DNA from: Orbicella franksi
Taxonomy: Eukaryota
DNA length: 64,000 nucleotides
Direction of reading: 5' to 3'
Assembly (NCBI GenBank): GCA_964199315.1
Contig: OZ116704.1
Coordinates: 15,128,001-15,192,000, forward strand
Shown: positions 13,201 through 28,200 of the stretch, piece after piece
Layout of the letters: each line of letters starts with the position of its first letter
Numbering within the stretch: position 1 is the first letter of the stretch
The notes under the pieces: model-generated
Seen by the model: only the letters and a program-made list of their open reading frames with translations
What the model was told of the DNA's origin: nothing
Databases searched by the model: none
Translations under genes and position numbers: made by a program

Positions 13201-16200
13201 ACAATGTTAGAATTTCGGTCATGAGAATCAGGTATATACCTTGTTCCAAATTTAATGCTATTAACCAGTTCTTGTATGGATCTACATTTGGTTTTTGACT
13301 TGACATTTTTTTTCTTTAAACTAGAATACCCAATTTTTTATCCCCGTATGGGTCTAATGATGGTATTAATTGTCCCTAATTGTTAAAGGCCTATTACACA
13401 AAGCCCCCAAACAACTAAGTTTCACGACTCAAAATAGTTGCTTAAAGTAGCCCAGTCATGGTATTTGGCAATGTACAAGGTTACATTTAAACTGAAGGAA
13501 ACCTGAAAATAGTAGTTTACTAAGAGAGAAATAACACCAAAGAGATAATAATAAACCATACCGAAACAAGGATGGTTAAGGATGGGGAAGATTAACATTG
13601 ATAACAAATGATGAACTTTCACAAATTTAGGCAAAACTTTTTAAGATGGGCGACACATGATCTATCTCCTTTAAGAATCTGTTTGAAGCTATAAATGCCC
13701 GCAATGCTGCTAGTCATTCCCAGAATTCACCAACCTTGTAATTCTTTTAGCTGGGCCTTGCTCGTGAAGATGAATGTCAGCCCTGTCCTGCTGGGAAGTT
13801 CTGTGGTGGAGCAGCAGTTGAATCATTTCCAAGTAACATTTCTGGAAACTGTGACCCTGGATACTTCTGTTTGCTGGGTGTGAACACACCACGCCCCAGT
13901 CGGAATTTCACAGGAGTGGGTGGTGTTTGTCCTCCTGGTGCTTATTGTCCTGAGGGAACCTCAGATCCCATTGGCTGTCCCAGTGGCACATTTTCAAATG
14001 TGACTCTGTTAGAGAGTGCTAGCAACTGTACACTTTGTTCTGATGGCCACTACTGTGAGGAAACTAACCTCACTGAAGCAACAGGTGAGATAGCAGTGTT
14101 TTGTGTCTGTATAGAATGGCAGGTGCACAGTATGTCGAGTTCATTAAAGGACAGTGATGAACCAAAAGTCTTTAATAACACTCACTTTCTCTTAATGTAA
14201 TGAAGACCAATGAATAGTTGTCACCATGAGTAGTTTCAACTAAGAAAGATCAGTTTCGTAAACACCAGAAATGTGTAGCGTGATCTTGTTGAGGATTGCT
14301 CTTTCAAAGATATTTTGAAGTTAGAGTCATGCGCAACCGAACTAATTACCTGGTAGTGTTACTATTTGACTGCTGCTAGTCAGGTTATCATACTGTGAGT
14401 ATCTGATTAGTATGGGTACTCAAATGGTGACAAATGAAATTACGCGTTTAGTCAAAATAGGTCATTTTACAGTTGTCTGCTCGGTGACCTGGCCTTTGAA
14501 TGGCAGCGAGGCTTGAGTTGGCCTTGTTTTGATACAGACCTCACTGCTTTTGGCATGTAAATACACCTAGTTAGCATAAGAACAGCTTGATTTACACAAC
14601 AAAAGCAGTGAGGTCTGTATCAAAACAAGGTCACCTCCAGCCTCGCTGCCATTCAAAGACCAGGTCACTGAGCAGACAACTGTAAAATGGTCTATTCCTG
14701 AGCCTTTAGGCAAGGAAAATTTTTAGAATTGTGACAAAATGTAAGTGAAATTATTACACTTACAGTCGTGGGTGTTTGACTTGTTTATGGCATCAAGAAA
14801 TTTCGCACCAAACTTTGTCATGGCAGTTTTGTAAATTCTCATGTGAAATTGCATTAAAAAATGCTGATATTTTGCACTAAAATTAAGGAGTAATTTTTAA
14901 CATATCAAATAATTGGGCTTTTGTTGCGATGTTATTTGTTGTTAAGACTCTAAAAGATGATTGGTCAGCTTTATTGGGTTTGTTGAGGTTGTGAATAGGT
15001 TTTCATGAGCTTGAGAGTACATTGTCAGAAGTATTAGAGGTGATTTCTGACGTTTTGACTTACAACAATGATAAATGCTTTTGCTTGCTGTTAGCAAATA
15101 ATATAAGTCGTACCATGGTAAGATTACTCAGCTCTCCGTGTGTAAACGTTTGTTTTTTTGTTACATAGGCAAATGTGCCCCAGGCTTCTATTGTAGGAGA
15201 GGCTCTGATACAGCAACACCTGCCAATGTGTCAGCCATTGGAGGACCTTGTCCAAAGGGCCACTTTTGTGAACTTGGCACTGCATTCCCACTGGGTTGTA
15301 GAAGAGGAACGTACAATCCTAACGAAGGAGAGGCTGCTTGCTTTACGTGCCCTGCTGGGTATTTTTGTCCCGAGAATTCCACTGACTTCAACCCCTACCC
15401 CTGCCCCACAGGTCATTTTTGCCCAAATGGGACAGAGTATGCAACACAGCATCCATGCCCTAAAGGTTACTTTAATGGGGCGACAAAGGGTGTAAGTTTA
15501 TCAAACTGTACTGCCTGTCCCGGTGGAAAGTACTGTAATGAATCAGGACTCTCAGCACCTACTGGACTATGCGCACCAGGGTATTTCTGTGTCAATGCTG
15601 CCTTTACAGACAGACCTTTAGATTATGACAACTTTACATCTGGTGACTGTCTTTGCCCAGCAAACTCTACTGGAGGAGAGTGTCAGGAGGGATTTTTCTG
15701 TCCTGAAGGATCCCATGAACCCACTTCCTGTACTGGGGGATATTTCTGTGAAGGTAAAGGGAAGGCTACTGTCACTGCACAGTGTGACCCTGGCTGGTTT
15801 TGTACCAGTGGTGCTCAGGTCTCTCAGCCATCTGATGGGATCACTGGAGACATTTGTCCACAGGGAAAGTATTGTCCAAGGGGTACTGAAGTTCCTGAGC
15901 TCTGCCCCCAGGGAACATTTTCAAATAACACTGGAAACAGTCATGAAACGAATTGTGCTAACTGCACTGAGGGATCGTATTGTGAAACCAAAGGATTAAC
16001 AAAACCAACTGCGCTTTGTTCTGCAAAGTTCTACTGTCCTCCTGGCGAACGTTTGGACAAGCAGAATTCATGCACCAAGGGACATTTCTGTGAAGAAGGC
16101 AGTCCAGCTCCTGTCAAGTGTCCCTCAGGAACTTACCAGGATGAGATTCAACAGGACTCTTGTAAACTTTGCCCTGCTGGTTATTTCTGTGACAGTAGCA

Positions 16201-19200
16201 ACGATCTTAGCGATTTCTCAAGCTATAACTGTCCAAATGGGTTTTATTGTCCCAATGGAACAAGATATGCCACTGAGTTTGGCTGTCCAAATGGAACACA
16301 TGGTAATGGTACCAACCTTTTCCATCCTGATCAGTGTGTCAAGTGCCCACCTGGAAGATTCTGTTATGGTAAGGGTGGATATTAATTTCTAGAACTAGCA
16401 TAAAATAATGGTAGCTTATGTGTTTGTGTTAAAGTAAAAGTTCTTTATGAACACTTAGTTAATTTTTGAATTGGTCCTTCATATTGTTCTTTATATGGCC
16501 TTGCTTTGTTCTGGGTAACTCTCTCTGGCTGGCCAATTTTTAGACGATCCCCCTTTATTTCCACCCTCATGCCTCTTTGTTTACTGGTCCTTGATCTTAC
16601 ACTTGTCTGTTGTCTTCTTTTCCTGCCCCTTCCTTGAGCTCACATCACCAAAGTTCAGAACTTCAATTGGTTCTCAAAATTGATATCTCAGTCAGCAGTA
16701 AGAGAATGCCACTGGCATTACAACCAGAAATTCTTAGAGCCTTACGTTTTTAAAGCCAAACACCAAAACCCAGGGCCTCGTGAACAAATGCGAACTTGAG
16801 TTTCCTTATCATTGCAGGTGCATCACCCACTTTCACCGGAAACTGTCAGGAAGGATACCATTGCAGACTTGGTTCTTTCACTCCTACACCTACTGATGGA
16901 TTCACTGGAGAGGAATGCCCGGAAGGACATTATTGTGTCAGCGGCACTCCTGCACCGGAAAGTTGTCCACCTGGAACATTTGCGAACGCATCAGGACTAA
17001 GAAGTATTCAGGAATGTACAAACTGTACACCAGGCCTCTTCTGTAATGGAACGGCTCTCACAGCTCCTAGTGGAGACTGCTGGCCACGGTATTATTGTAG
17101 CGGGAAGGCAGAACATCCAGCACCACAAGATGGCGTCACTGGAGGGAATTGCACTCCAGGGCATTTTTGTCCTGGGAGGACACCAAATCCTATCCCGTGC
17201 GTGGTAAGTGAAGAGGATGATTTCAATAGACATTTCAATGGTTTCTGGTGCCATCTTCTTTTTTGGGGGGAGGGTCAAACCCAGAAATTACAGTAAATGC
17301 ATAGGGAAAATCGAGAATCTAGTGTCTAACAACTCACAGATGAATTAAAAAGCTAAAGATACTAGCTAAAAGAATTTAAAAATCACATTTGAGGGAAATG
17401 GCCTCGCTAGAAAAGCCACAGTTAAGGTTTTAATTTTTCCATACATTTGTCTGTGAAACCTAGTCACAATTCGCAGGAAAATGCAGAGACATTTGTACTA
17501 AATATTAAAAGTGTAATTCCTCGCCTGACGGCAAGTCTATGTTCTTCAAATTTTACCAAAAACACCCTCTGTCAATCACGCTCAACTTATTGGGCATCGA
17601 ACTTTTAACTTTTCCCATACATTTACTGCAATTTTTGCTGTGTTTGCACCCAGACAAGACGGCTTCAGAAATCGTGGAAAGGTCTGTTCGTTCCATGACA
17701 TATTGAGTGGCATATCCGATTTGGTGTCAGATGATTGATCTCCTCATTTTTCAAGCCTATTTAATCTCTTAACAACTTTGACATTCAACGATTTTTACTC
17801 TTGATAATGATGTTAGATACAATGAAACGTCGAATTATGTTACTCCTTATATTTTCTGGTTAAATGCTTTAACAAGCAAGTGACCATTCAATCTATTTAA
17901 TTTTGTTAGGTCAAGTGTATCATTAGTTTAGGTTGGCTGATGTTATGAGCAAAAAATCCACACAACTCTGGAGGCTTGAATATCAGTAGATGTCATTGGA
18001 AGATCAAACAAATAGCTCCCAGTTAGGATTGTAATTATTTTCAGTACCTGTCTTTTCTCCAACGTATTAATACTGTGTTTGATCACTCTAAGAAGTTCAA
18101 AGGTTAATCGTATCTACATGATTTCACTAGGATGGAACGTTTATGAAGGACCCTCTCGCAGATGCATGTTTGGACTGTCCAGCTGGATTTTTTTGTGTGA
18201 ATGACAAGAGTCAGGACCCAGAGCCTTGTCCCCGAGGATTCTACTGCCCGGCAAAAACAGGCTTTGATTGGAAACCCTGTCCGAAGGGAACGTACGGTGA
18301 TTCGCCTGGTCTGGCTAACGTGACCAGTAAGTGTCCTTTCATAGCATTACGTGGTGGATCAACATCGTTTGTGCTTAGATGCTGGCATATTTGTTATATT
18401 CTTGAATGCCTTCTATACTTAATACATTCTATACTTTCTCACGAGAATAGGATCATAATCTCTTGACTAAATACTTTCTAATACTTACACTTGGTATATC
18501 AAGGTCGTTTGTGCTAAAATGCAAGCATCATTGTTATGTTTTTGAATACTTTCTATGTTAAGCAAGTGGATTATAGTAAACGTACATTTGAATGGCGGGA
18601 TAAATAGAGGTCTTCGCAGTTATGCACGCAACTTAGGTAGTTGCGAGTATAAGGCCTGAATAAAATTAGACATAAATGGGATTTGAACCCATGACCTCTG
18701 TAGTACCGATGCATTTCTCTGACAACAAAGCTATCGAGCAGCTTAGAGCTGATCTTGGTGTGAGTTAGACACTCGTAGATAGTGTACAAATGCAAGAGAA
18801 CGTATGTTGTGTCAAGAACTGGGAAATTATGGCATGCTTTAACTAACCTAAAATAGCAGGCCTAAAATAATAGTTGCTTGTTCCAGGTTGTCGTCCCTGT
18901 GACTCTGGCAGGTTCTGTGCTCATGAAAATGCAACAACTGTAAGTGGGGTGTGTGATGCTGGCTTCTTCTGCCGTCGTAATGCTGAATCAGCCACACCTA
19001 GTGCAAGTCAAGATTCAGGACCATGTCCAGAGGGCTTCTACTGTCCTGCTGGCACAGGAGAACCAGACGAATGTCCCAGGGGCACTTTCTCTAATGTGCA
19101 ATTCCTGAAAAATGAAAGTGAGTGTCAGAAATGCACAGAAGGTCATTATTGTGGAGAGCTTGGCCGCAGGAATGTCTCTGGACCCTGTGATCCTGGATTC

Positions 19201-22200
19201 TATTGTCTAAAGGGATCCAAGATCCCTAACCCACCGAATGTAACAGAGTCTGGAGGACCTTGCCCCATTGGCCATTATTGCCCAGAAGGAACATCCTATC
19301 CATTGGGCTGTCAAGCTGGAACATACAACGACCGCACGGGGCAGTTTGAATGTGAGCAATGTTGCGCTGGTTTTTATTGTCCTTCCAACTCAACAACATG
19401 CAACCTGGAGTGTCCCAAAGGATATTACTGTCCTCCAGGAACTGAAGCACAGTTTGATAACCCATGCCCCAAAGGATATTTTAACAATGAGACACAACAG
19501 CAGAGCTTGAGGTTAGCACATGTCCTAGATGTATGATTGAAGCATGAAAAGTTACTTTAAAAGTCATTTAAAAATAAATTAATACGTTAGTGAACAGCAC
19601 TTATGGCCTGTACCCAACGCAACCAGCAGTAATTGTTGATGTGAAGGGGTTTATTCATGTATGACTCGAACTCTTAACTATACATATCATTGCCAGTAGT
19701 TTCTACAAGAAAATGATACAAATTCGTTACATGAAGAACAGAAATACCTACAGACAGCATTTGAAATACGAGTCAAAAATGATTAAAGGTAACGTTTACC
19801 TGACGATTTGGATACGGTGACAAATGGCAAGAATGAACGTAACGTTGCTTGTTCAAACGTGAACAAACCATTTAAATCTACATACCCCACACAAAAGTAA
19901 AAGTTTTCAAACATTGCCGAGGTAGACTTGGCAACCGTAATAAAAAATAACAGGGGATTGGCTTCTACATGACCAGTTACAAAGGGACAATCGTTCTCAT
20001 TTGTTGTATCTTTGGGCATGTTTTTGGAATGAGATCAAGAATCTGACTAGCAAGTTCAATAGTAAACGTTTCAAACGTTGTTTCATTGTAGTGGCTGTAC
20101 TCCATGTCTGCCTGGCAAGTTTTGTGGTAGAGCTGGCCTTGAGCAACCAAGTGGTGATTGTGTAGGGGGCTGGTACTGCATACGAGCGGCCTGGTCTGAC
20201 AAACCGGTTGATGTGGGCGTCCTTGGATACTGTAATGCTACAAATACGAGTGGATGTTTCTGCCCCAATACAACTACAGGGGGTGTCTGTCAGCCTGGGT
20301 TTTTGTGCCCTAACGGGTCACGAGAACCAATTCCGTGCTTGAAAGGTACGACAAATACATTCAAATCAAGTTCTTTGTTTCATTGGGTTCACTAACTTAA
20401 TTTGGGAAGTTGTTAGATTGATTGAACACAGACGCAGATTATATAAATGAGTTATTAATCGTGGTGGCATAACTATCAGCTGAGATAATAAGATGACGTT
20501 GCGAATCACAAGAAATGTTTGCTTGATTTAGAGAATGAAGACGTAAATTACTAGTAACATTTAGACCTGACATGTCTCTAAGTGTCTCAGATTAGAAGTA
20601 CTACACTTCAATGTGTTCGGATGCCTTTTAAGTGACTCTTAGAAAGTGACCGTTCCCTTTACCCACTGGCTCCCTATTTTTCATTTCCGATTGTCATCTA
20701 AAACAATGTTATCCGCATGCATCATTCTTGTCTTACTTATTTCAGGGCATTTCTGTGATGTGGCGGAACTGTCTAATGTCACTGGTCCATGTGATGCTGG
20801 TTATTTCTGTACGGAGGGGGCCAAAGTTTCAGATCCGACCGACAATGTCACCGGTGGAATTTGTCCCAAAGGCCACTTTTGTCCTGTCGGAACATATGAT
20901 CCAGAAAAATGTCCAGAAGGAACTTATTCCAATTCTACCTTCAACCAAAATATAACTGGCTGCCAGCCATGCCTGCCTGGGCATTATTGTGATGCTAAAG
21001 GTCTTGAGGAGCCATCTGGGGAGTGCGATCCTGGATTCTTCTGCCCGGGTGGACAGAAAACAAAACGACCTACAGAATATGTCTGCACACCTGGCCATAG
21101 TTGTCCCACTGGAAGTGTTGATCAAGAAGCTTGCGACTCTGGTACCTACCAAGATGAACACCAGCAGGCGACATGCAAAACTTGCCCTGCAGGTTATTTC
21201 TGTGATGGAACTATTCTCAATGCTACTCACTGTACCCATGGTGTTCAGTTCCCAGAGCCTTGTGTCACAGGACACTATTGTCCAAATGGAACTAAATTTG
21301 CCCAGGAGCACAAGTGTCCACCGGGTAAGATTCAAGCTTAATGTATTCCTGCATACCAAAACTGAATATCACTAAGCCCTGACATACCTGTTTGCATGGA
21401 CCGCAATCCAGAGTCAACCCATGGGACACATCTATAGTTTGACGAACAAAAAGTAACTTTGTACTTCCAATATAGGCATGCAAATTTATGAACTAAGTAG
21501 TAAATCGAGAGTGGTATATTTTGTCCTTACGTGTTTCAAATGGCATTCTTGCAGGAACGTTCAATGACAAGACACAGAGAAGAAGTGTTGATGAATGTAC
21601 TGATTGTCCTGCTGGCAAGTTCTGTCAAGGTGAAGGGAATGACTACTGGACAGATGACTGCTCCGCTGGCTTTTACTGCATTGGTGGAGCTGATAACATG
21701 TCTCCTAATGATGGTGTCACTGGAATAATTTGTCCCAAAGGGTGAGACTGTTGTAAATTACTACTCTGTAAATATCTCACAACCTTTCACTTTCAAGCTT
21801 GTGTTAAATTCAGGACAGCTTGACAGTTCAATTCACCATGTTCCTCAGTAAATCACAAAGAGGAATCAATCAACACTTTACTTAAGAATGGAAAAGGATA
21901 CTCGAATACTCAAACTTTTACAGTAAACAGGCAATAGTCTATCCCAGAAGGGTTTGCCAACAATTAAGACGTAGGTGGAAAATGATAATTTATAATTTCT
22001 CCTGCAGTCATTTGTGGGCACCTTGTTCTTTGTAAAAGAAAAAAGGCTGAATCCTTGTAAACAGCATTGCGTTATTGGTGGAATAATGGTTTATTTTACC
22101 TCCTACAGTTATTACTGTCCACAAGGCACAAACGTGACTATCCCGTGTAAAAAAGGAACATATGGACCCACTGAACAGCTTGGCTCTCAAGCTGAGTGCA

Positions 22201-25200
22201 AGGGTTGCGAACCAGGAGAATACTGTGCAAAGGATGGACTCAACCAGACGTCTGGCAACTGTTCAGCAGGCTTCTTTTGCCGATTCAATGCCTCTGTTAA
22301 TGAACCTACAGATGGTGTTACTGGTTAGTAATTCGTGTATATAATTAAAGTTTGTTTCAAAATTGTTTTTTTAACTGTAATAGGCCATTTCCGAGTTACC
22401 TTGTGCCTCTGTTTCAAAACGAGTCTTTGTGCGAAACCTTCATATGAAAGTGAGTTTGATTTGCATGAAAATGAACCTGTAAGGAGGAACTCGTTTTCAT
22501 ATGGATGGTTTCGCCCGAAGACTCATTTTGACATAGAGGTAAAAGGCTACTATGAAGTGGCCTATTAATTAGGACTGATAATACTCCGCAGTTCAAATAT
22601 TCTTGTGCCAGGGCATGAGTACAAATGAATTTAGGCGAGAGTGATAGCTAGTGAATTGAATTAAAATTGTACTGTTTATCACTGAAATATTTTTCTTTGC
22701 TTTTACAGTCACATCGAAAATGCAGGGTAAAACCCACATTGTTGTGTTAAGAAAATGAAAAGTTCGTTTTCCTGCCTCGGGGACCCACAGGATTTCAGTT
22801 GCTGATCATTTCATTTATTTCGTCTGTATTCTTCCATTCCAGCCCTTTGAAACTTTCTTCCTGCGTCTTTGACCTTATCCTCATGCAGCTTGGTCTATGC
22901 CTTGCACCAATACAGCTGACTTACTTCTGTGCGTCGTTTAAAAGGAAGCGACTTAACAGGATGGAGTCGACTCATTATGGCTCCAACGTCTAAAGTATAA
23001 TGGTTTTTTTTTTCAGGTGATGTTTGTTGGATTGGGCATCACTGCCCCTCTGGTACAGCCATACCAATACCTTGTTCACCTGGAACATACATGAACCACA
23101 CACAAGCCGACGAGTGTTACACCTGTCCTGCAGGTCATTACTGCGTTAACAGAGTGACTCCAGAACCTTGCCCTGCTGGTAAGGACCATTTACATGTCTT
23201 CATGGTCATTGTTCCAATCAGTGAATGTTTTCCTTCTCACATGATAGTTTTTTCTGTGTACATAGGTTGGTACTGCCCCGAAGGTACTGGACATGACTGG
23301 CAACCCTGTCCCAGAGGAACGTATAGCCCAGTTGAATTCTTATCCAGAGAGGAGCAATGCAAACCATGTGACCCTGGCGACTTCTGTGCTTTCCTGAATG
23401 CTACATCAACTTCAGGGCAGTGTGATGCAGGGTTTTTCTGCCATAATGGTTCTGACCAACAGCAGCCTTCTGGAGGCAACCGAGGCTATGCAGGCATCTG
23501 TCCTAGTGGACATTATTGCCGACAGGGTGATCCACTGGCACCAATAGCTTGCCCTGCTGGCCACTACAATAACAGAACACATGCTGACACTCTTGGAGAT
23601 TGCAGGAAGTGTCCTGGTGGACTGTACTGTGAAGAGGATGGTCTTACTTGGCCAAGTGGCCCTTGTGATGCGGGATACTATTGTATAGAAGGGGCAGTGT
23701 TTCGAAATCCTGACAACATCTCAGACACTGGGGGTCCTTGTCCTCCTGGTCACTTCTGTCCAGAGGGATCGCCATCCCCATTTACCTGCCCTGGTGGCAC
23801 GTACACCTCCCAGTGGAAACAGAGTCAATGCCGTGTTTGTCCTCCTGGTTATTTCTGTCCAAATGCTTCAACCAACTTCACTGAATGCCCTCAAGGTTCC
23901 TTTTGCCCCAATGGTTCTACATCAGCTACTCCATGTCCGAAGGGAAGCTATAAGAACTACACCTTGGGTGATAAGCTTGACGATTGCAAATTGTGCCCAG
24001 TTGGAATGTACTGTGAGTTTAATGGCATGCCTAAGCCCTCAGGCTTGTGTGCAGGTGGCTGGTATTGCACTGGTGGATCTTGGGAAAGGATGCCACTCAA
24101 CATCAGCGATATAGCAAATGGTTCTGCTGTCTGTCCCCTGATTGGTGAAATTGGTGGGTTTTGTAAGAAAGGCAGCTTCTGCCCAGCAGGATCCCATGAA
24201 CCATTGCCATGCACACCGGGCTACTACTGTGAAGAAGATAAATTGGCCATGGAATCTGGGCTTTGTGCAGCAGGCTACTTTTGCAATGGAAGCACGATCT
24301 ATAGTCATCCTGTCAATCAAACTAATGGTGATCGATGTCCAAAGGGTAATTATTGCCCTACTAAGAGTTCCTATCCAACCCCATGCCCTCCAGGTACTTA
24401 TGCTGACACTGATTACAACCAGTTCAGGAACAACTGCAAACCTTGCATTGCTGGTAAGTTCTGCCCAACTTATGGACTGGACTTTCCTGCTGGAAATTGC
24501 TCTGAAGGATTTTACTGTCCTGCTGGGGAGACACAGGCAAGCCCACCAGACAAGGAATGCCAGCCTGGTCACTTCTGCCCGGAGGGTAGCGGACTTCACA
24601 ATCCATGTCCTGCTGGGACATACCAGCCATATGCCAGTAAAGGTTTTTGTTATATCTGTCCTGCTGGAAGTTATTGTGATCCTAATGAGGCAAGACAAAA
24701 CATGTCATGTGAAGGGAATGTCTCTTGTGGGGTAATCGCTCCATCAAACTGTCCTGCTGGATATTACTGCCCCAATGGGACCAAATGGGCCCAGCAGTAT
24801 CCATGCCCCGTGGGAACATTTGGAAATGTCACTAATCTCATGGAAGAGGACCAATGTACACAGTGCACAAAAGGATTCTACTGTGGTACGTCAGGTATTA
24901 CACGGCCAACTGAGGAATGTCATGCAGGGTACTACTGCATTGAAGGTGCAAGTGTACCAACTCCCAATGATACTGTAACAGGTGCCCCTTGTCCAGCAGG
25001 GTCGTTTTGCATCAGAGGATCTCATAGACCAGAGCCATGCCCTGTTGGCACCTATGGACCAAGCCAGAGACTGCAAAGCCGTTCAGGTTGTGTTGATTGT
25101 GATGGAGGGAAGTACTGCAACTATGAAGGATTGGCAGCTCCAAATGGTTCCTGCGATCCTGGATATTTCTGCGAGATCCGTGCTGTCAGACCCAACCCTG

Positions 25201-28200
25201 TCACTGAATCTCAGGGTGGAGGAGTGTGTCCCAGGGGACATTACTGCACAAGAGAAACAACTACTCCATTCAAATGTCCTCCTGGCACGTTTAACAATCA
25301 GACCCGTGCAACAGAGCCTTCAGACTGCACTCCATGTACACCAGGGCGGTTCTGTGAGGGCTATGGTAACACTAATCCAGATGGACTGTGTGATGAGGGC
25401 TGGTACTGTGAAAAAGCTGCATACTCGAGGAGACCTGTTCCTGAAGTCAATATAACCTTTAACAATGCCTTGGACTTTACATGCCCACTCTACTCGGTGA
25501 ACTTCACTGGAGGCATTTGCCCTCTTGGTCACTTTTGCCCTCAAGGTTCTTCTGAACCGAAACAGTGCCCTAGAGGTAGCTATTGTGGTCAGCTGGGGCT
25601 TGCCAGTCCAGAAGGAAACTGCACAGCTGGTTACTATTGTGATGGCGGTGACATAATTTCCAATCCTAGGAACTGTACTGCAGGATTTTATTGTCCAGAA
25701 GGAACAGAAATAGAGGTTCCTTGCCCCGTAGGAACATTTTCCCCTTATGAAGGCAAATCAAAAGAACAAGACTGCCTAAACTGTACAGCTGGGTATTACT
25801 GTCCATTGCCTGGGAAAACAGAGGTGTTGTTCCAATGCATGCAAGGCTATTACTGTCCAAGCGGGTCGAAACATAATGCCACCGTGATATGTCCTAGAGG
25901 AAGTAGTTGTCCTACTGGAAGTGGACAACCTCAGAATTGTGTTCCAGGGAAATATCAAGACCAAGAAGGACAATTCCAGTGTCGTGTTTGTTTAGCTGGA
26001 TATTACTGTGACCCAGCTACGAATCTTACTGGTGTTATCTTTCCAACTAAGTGCACAGCTGGCAATTACTGTCCCAGTGGAACAAAGACTGAGAAACAAT
26101 TCCCCTGTCCTGCTGGTACATACAGTAATGAGACTGGCCTTGAAAGGTCGTCAGACTGTAAGCCTTGTCCACCTAAGATGTTCTGTGGCTCCCCTGGCTT
26201 GACCAAACCTTCTGGAGCTTGCGCAGCAGGTATCTGATACTTTATTTTGTTTAGCGAAAGGAACATATTTAGCTACAGGGCGTGTCTCTGCTAAATGGCA
26301 GAGAGGCAAATGATTATGTCAAGCTTGTTAGGGTTGATCAAACCTCGCCAGAGGTTTTTTTTTTTTTTTACCTCACCACAGGTTACAAGTGTAACATGTG
26401 ACAGTTGTTACAATTCTAGCTTGGCTAATAAATTATTTATTTATTTTTCAATCTCGGTGCGATTTCCTTTGTTTTATCAAAGCTTTGGTGCCCAGTTAGA
26501 TTTCAAGGATACTGAAATCGGCTTGTTGAGCATATTCTCCGCATGTTTTAACAGTCAGTCACCGTTTGTTAGTTAAGTCGAGGGGTTTAGTCTCTTAATA
26601 AAGATGTTTATAATTTGGTTTGTTGCTGATTGATTTTAGAATGATATGTAAACGTAAAGTTTAAAGTTTTTATATATACTCTTAAACGACCTTTTCCCTC
26701 AGCACACATTATTATTAACAACAGGAAAATACTTGTACCTATTGTCGTACCTTTTTGGTACACTTCGGGGGCATAGTAGGCAAGTTTGGTCGAGCTATGG
26801 TTCGTGGTTTGGTCAAGATACGAAGACAATACAAGCCACAGCATCCATAGCGAGGCCAAACGGGTCTGATATGCCGTCGAAGCGTACCAAAAAAGGTACG
26901 ATATTGGTATTTACTGTACTGACTTGTGATTGGCTAATTGTGAATTTGGGTACAGTAAAACTTAATGCAAGGTCACTGTTGCCTAATAATGTTTAAATCC
27001 TTGTCCTTAATCCATTCCATAATTGAAACATTTTTATTGTGCAGGAGAGCTCGATGCATAATAATAATAACATCTTTATAGGTTACTATTGTGTACTGAA
27101 TGCTTCAACGTCAACACCAACCGATGGAGTGACTGGCAATGAGTGCAAATTGGGTGAATATTGCCCAGAGGGCTCATCAGAAGGAATCGGATGCCCAGCT
27201 GGTAAGGATATTGTTATTGTATGAGTCACTTAAGGCTCTTCAGTTACATATAGTTAAAGGCCTGTAAGAGGCAAGCATTACTCCTTTTTGTTGTCTTGGA
27301 AAAATTGAATGGTAGAAAAATTGTTTTATTCTGTTTTAAACGTGAAATTTCTAACAAGACTTAGGTGAGCTCTGAGCATTTAATAGAGAAAGCGAGTTGT
27401 TCTTTGGCCTTGGGGGAACGTGCAGCTCACAATTAATGTTTTGATCTTTCTTTTACAGGGACATTTTACAACCAAACTGGGCTACAAAATGAAACAGGAT
27501 GCTTACCCTGTTCAGCAGGCTACTACTGTGATGGAACAGGGAACATAGTTCCCACCAAGAAGTGCCGGGAAGGGTTCTGGTGCAGGGGGGGTTCACCCGA
27601 AGAAATGCCCCTCAATCAACCTTATGGCACAGAATGTCCAAATGGCAGTTACTGCCCCACAGGCATTCCATCCCCAGTTCAGTGCCCTAAGGGAACATAC
27701 CAGCCTAACAAGCGTAAAACAAGAGTGGAGGACTGTGTTGGTTGTGACCCTGGCAAGTTCTGTAGTGAAACGGGCTTGAGTGCTGTGAGCGGCGATTGTA
27801 AGGCAGGTTACTTCTGCAGGGGTAGTGCAAACAAAAGTAATCCAGAGGATGGGGTAACAGGTGACGTCTGTCCTGTGGGCAGCTTCTGTGTTAGAGGCTC
27901 AATACAACCGCAAAGATGCTTCAATGGAACGTACATGAACCATACAGGTAACCATTGCTGATATGTGTGACCTACAGCACTCTTGAAACTTGAAACTTTT
28001 CGTGGAAGCTAACTATGCAAGTCTTCCAGCTGAGTTTTCAGATTTCTTTTTGTGTTAGTTTGACGAATCTGATGGCAAGTCAAAACAATTCCTTGTAGCT
28101 GACAATCAATTTTCCTTAAAGGAATTACGTCACGGTTTGCACATTTTTGAAAAGTTTAGCCTAAATTTTCAAGTTCGCCGTTTGTAATGTAATCCGTTTT

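Noticed and set aside
20829-21359. Antisense ORFs over coding exons (e.g. 20829-21359, 24039-24698, 32261-32953, 51735-52091)
   Set aside because: Shadows of the sense-strand repeat exons; no motifs or splice support.
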